The notes beneath the pieces were generated by a model. The model was not told where the DNA came from. It was given only the letters and a program-made list of their open reading frames with translations, and searched no databases. A DNA stretch of 63,090 nucleotides, the filler included, from Nemertoderma westbladi (Eukaryota; Animalia; Xenacoelomorpha), in NCBI GenBank assembly GCA_032718475.1. It is 3 parts of 3 records of this genome, joined end to end, with 100 filler letters (N's around TTAATTAATTAA, not from the genome) between each part and the next. Parts side by side here need not be neighbours in the genome. Positions count along the whole stretch, not along the records: positions 46,626 to 63,090 come from JAUCBJ010002015.1; 2 more parts are not named here. One strand, 5' to 3'. Below are positions 60,501 to 63,090 of this stretch, one piece after another. The translations under genes were made by a program, and so were the position numbers. Every line of letters begins with the position of its first letter. Positions within the stretch are counted from its first letter, which is position 1.

Positions 60501-62889
60501 CGCCTAATCTCCTAACCAAAACAATCTTATCCCAAACAACGCCCAACCTCTTAACCCAAACAATTCAATTCAATTCATTTATATTTAATCATTTAAAATG
60601 ATATTCATTGTAAAAAAACAACGCCCAATGTCTTAACACAAACTGCGCCCAACCTCCTAACCCAAAAAACGCCCATCCACCTAAACCGAAACAACTGGTA
60701 AATATTGTATTTGGTGAGAAAATGGCACAATGTGTATGACTTGAGTATATAATACTACAGACTCAGTCAGTCAGTATCAGTATACTCGTGATTAATATAT
60801 ATTTACAATTATTGTTGACTCTGACCAACCCCAAATAGTGGCAATACGCAATAGGCTTCGCCTACTACGTGGCTATCCCCACGATTGAAACATTGGAACT
60901 AAGTTCGTATCCATTAGAACTAAATTCGCATGTATTGGAACTAAATTCGCCTCCATTGGAACTAAATTCGCTTCCATTGGAACTAAATTCGCTTCCATTG
61001 GAACTAAGTTCGTACCCATTGGAACTAAATTCGCATGCATTGGAACTAAATTCGCTTGCATTGGAACTAAATTCGCATCCATTGGGAACTAAATTCGCAT
61101 CCATTGGAACTAAGTTCGTTTTGATATTCTGTGATTGGAACTAAGTTCGCCTCGATTGGAAATAAGTTCGCTTTGTAAAATTTATTTTGGAACTAAATTC
61201 GTTTCAATTGGAACTACATAAGTTCGCATTTTAAAATGTGCGATTGGAACTAAGTTCGTGCTACCCGCCTTAACCATGTGCATAAAGTGTATAATGGTAA
61301 ATGTCCCAATTACCTAAAACAAAAATTCAACAGAGTACGCGATACACACTCTTACAGTACCAGAGCTAGTGCTTCAAACTTCTACCTCCCGAATTGTAAA
61401 TCAGCAGTTAAATCTTACCTCCGCGTGTAATGTCAAAATAGCTACAGTACAATATACAGTAGTCCTACAGTAAGTTATTAGTTTATTAATAATTTATTAC
61501 ATCAATAAGACCAAAGTTGAGATTTTTAAGACTTTCCGACACCATCAGTTCAACAGTCTCCCGATAGAGGATTACATATCTAAACATTAAATGTCCTCCC
61601 AGTTCTTTGCTTTTAATAGGTTAACAAGCTGAAACATGGCAGATTTTATTTTTTAATAATTATCTACTATGTTTGTTTACAATAGATTTAATTTACTTTG
61701 CAGCACCAGTTACTCAACCACATACGGAAAGGGTCGATTTAAACCCAGACAGGGAGTCCATTGGGGGACCGGATATCAGTCAAACTTCCGACCAGGTGTT
61801 TACTACCAAGAGGAGCTGGACAAACACGACAATCCCAACTACGGTAAACTGCTGCATACCAACTATCTCAGCACCACAAAGAAGGATTACATCCCCTACG
61901 GCAGGGCGGCAACATCGGTGGATATCCTAGGGGATAAAGGGAACGGTTGGTTGTACAACCAAACCGGCTTTACTAAAGACCATCCACGGTTCCCTCACAA
62001 AGACAAGTTTAATCATAATGATGTGATAGATGTTCACTTTGATACCAAGAAGTCTCGCACAGCAGGCAGTCTGCTGGCACCCCATGCATCCCAATTACAA
62101 CTAGTGCAACCTCGAGACCCCATTGGTGAAGAGAACCTCCGACTTGGACCGGCGTACATGTCAACCGAGACGGGATATCGGTACTGTCGGAAGCCAGTAG
62201 GTCGTGACGCCGCTGAGACGGCGACAGTTGGCGACCAGGAAGGGTCTGCGTTCACTAACAACAAGGGGTCTGGCGATCCAGTAGGATTCAAACCCGACGA
62301 AACCTTCGATTATTCGCAGCCGAGGATTTACTACGGGAAACCGGTGAGTGAGACGATCGATGAGTTTCAGATAAAAGGGTCGCCAGCTTCCAGACGCCCT
62401 CTACCGCCTATCGACGGAAAGGCGAGTAAGGATACCGGGTTCTCTAAAGAGTCGCCAGGTGTCCCTTTGGGACCGCCGGGACCGAAACCGATGCTAACAA
62501 CAGTCCAGGATACCTACCGAGGCGCCCAAAAGGGAGCCCCTGGGTTTGTGGATTCCATATCTCCTTATAAAGTTGGAGACACAGAAGCTACTGGACATTT
62601 AACCAACAATATGTTCGGAGAAGAAGCGCTGCTAAACGGTCATCCCGTAGAAAGATATGTTACTCATTACAACACCAAGTTCCATGACCCTAACACTAGG
62701 GGTCGCTTTAGAGAAGGACGTACATTCTTTGCTAACCAATCACCGTGGACCAATGGATTCACCCGGGACTTTAAGATACACAATTTCAATGCGCCCCCCA
62801 ACGGAGTGTTGGAACCAGAAAATAAATCTCACATAATGGATAACCGCAGCGTTCGGTTCGGTGAGACCAAGTTCCTGGATCACGCCTAG
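57575..62889 (+). CDS. PPP1R32: Protein phosphatase 1 regulatory subunit 32 / SAXO4 (ciliary microtubule inner protein) homolog; exons 57575-57660 and 61704-62889, 423 aa
   Basis: Spliced SRGADTDVMRFYC|TSYSTTYGKGRFKPRQGVHWGTGYQSNFRP..LDKHDNP closely resembles my recollection of the vertebrate PPP1R32 N-terminus (DPLKFYATSYCTAYG..FKPRVGSHVGTGYKSNFQP); phase-2 GT/AG intron; AATAAA at ~62962. Confidence 0.88.
57670..58932. repeat. Intronic minisatellite, 48-bp unit (~23 copies) with a periodic longer variant
   Basis: CCGTCTCACACAATGCTACGCATGTAGGCTTACAGTAGCACTGTAGCC; starts ~10 bp after the donor site. Confidence 0.95.
59530..61420 (+). mobile_element. Degraded L2/Crack-type LINE fragment split by a DNA transposon
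   Basis: Reads QVAQNKVVQFIKD..LLNLDSRVKQLRL|NHVHKVYNGKCPNYL..THSYSTR across the insertion. Confidence 0.7.
59831..61265. mobile_element. Foldback non-autonomous DNA transposon with inverted 21-bp repeat arrays and 8-bp TSD (possibly Merlin-like)
   Basis: TSD CGCCTTAA at 59823-59830 and 61266-61273; GCGAATTTAGTTCCAATGGAA array on the left and its reverse complement on the right; ends GTTAGC / GCTACC. Confidence 0.8.
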
Positions 62890-63090
62890 CCAATCAGCGG
62901 TAGGCCTACAGAAAATATATGAGGATATCCGATTTGTGACATCAAAACCTTTGAAACAAACAATAAACATTAATTTATAACATAAATTATTGTAATTAAA
63001 TTAAAATTTACAAATAAACTTAGTTTTACTACAGTAATAACAACTCGCCTCGCATTGAAATTAAACAAACTCCTTGTGTTTGTAAAGGTC

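Noticed and set aside
59849-61144. Leucine-repeat ORFs (LELNSLP)n and (MEANLVP)n
   Set aside because: Products of the 21-bp arrays in the foldback transposon arms.

Overview
Repeat-rich eukaryotic (invertebrate metazoan-like) genomic DNA with two scaffold gaps. Host genes: a three-exon fibrinogen-related pseudogene (2197-4380, +), a tandem array of at least four partial or frameshifted SLC18B1-like MFS transporter copies (22123-42910, -), and an intact two-exon PPP1R32/SAXO4 gene (57575-62889, +). Most of the rest is mobile DNA and satellites: CRE-like fragments, an intact CR1 LINE, two RTE LINEs, a Penelope-like element, L2-type fragments, and several MITE/foldback elements. The most unusual object is a recent 9-kb LTR element (7183-16230, TSD GGATC). 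It has no pol and no tRNA primer-binding site. Instead the 23 nt after its 5' LTR are perfectly complementary to a site inside that LTR (self-priming geometry). It encodes a Bel/Pao-like Gag plus an antisense DEDDy 3'-5' exonuclease. A second LTR-like element with no obvious sequence similarity to the first (46626-51719, -) shows the same self-priming geometry. All calls were made by eye; no database searches were run.
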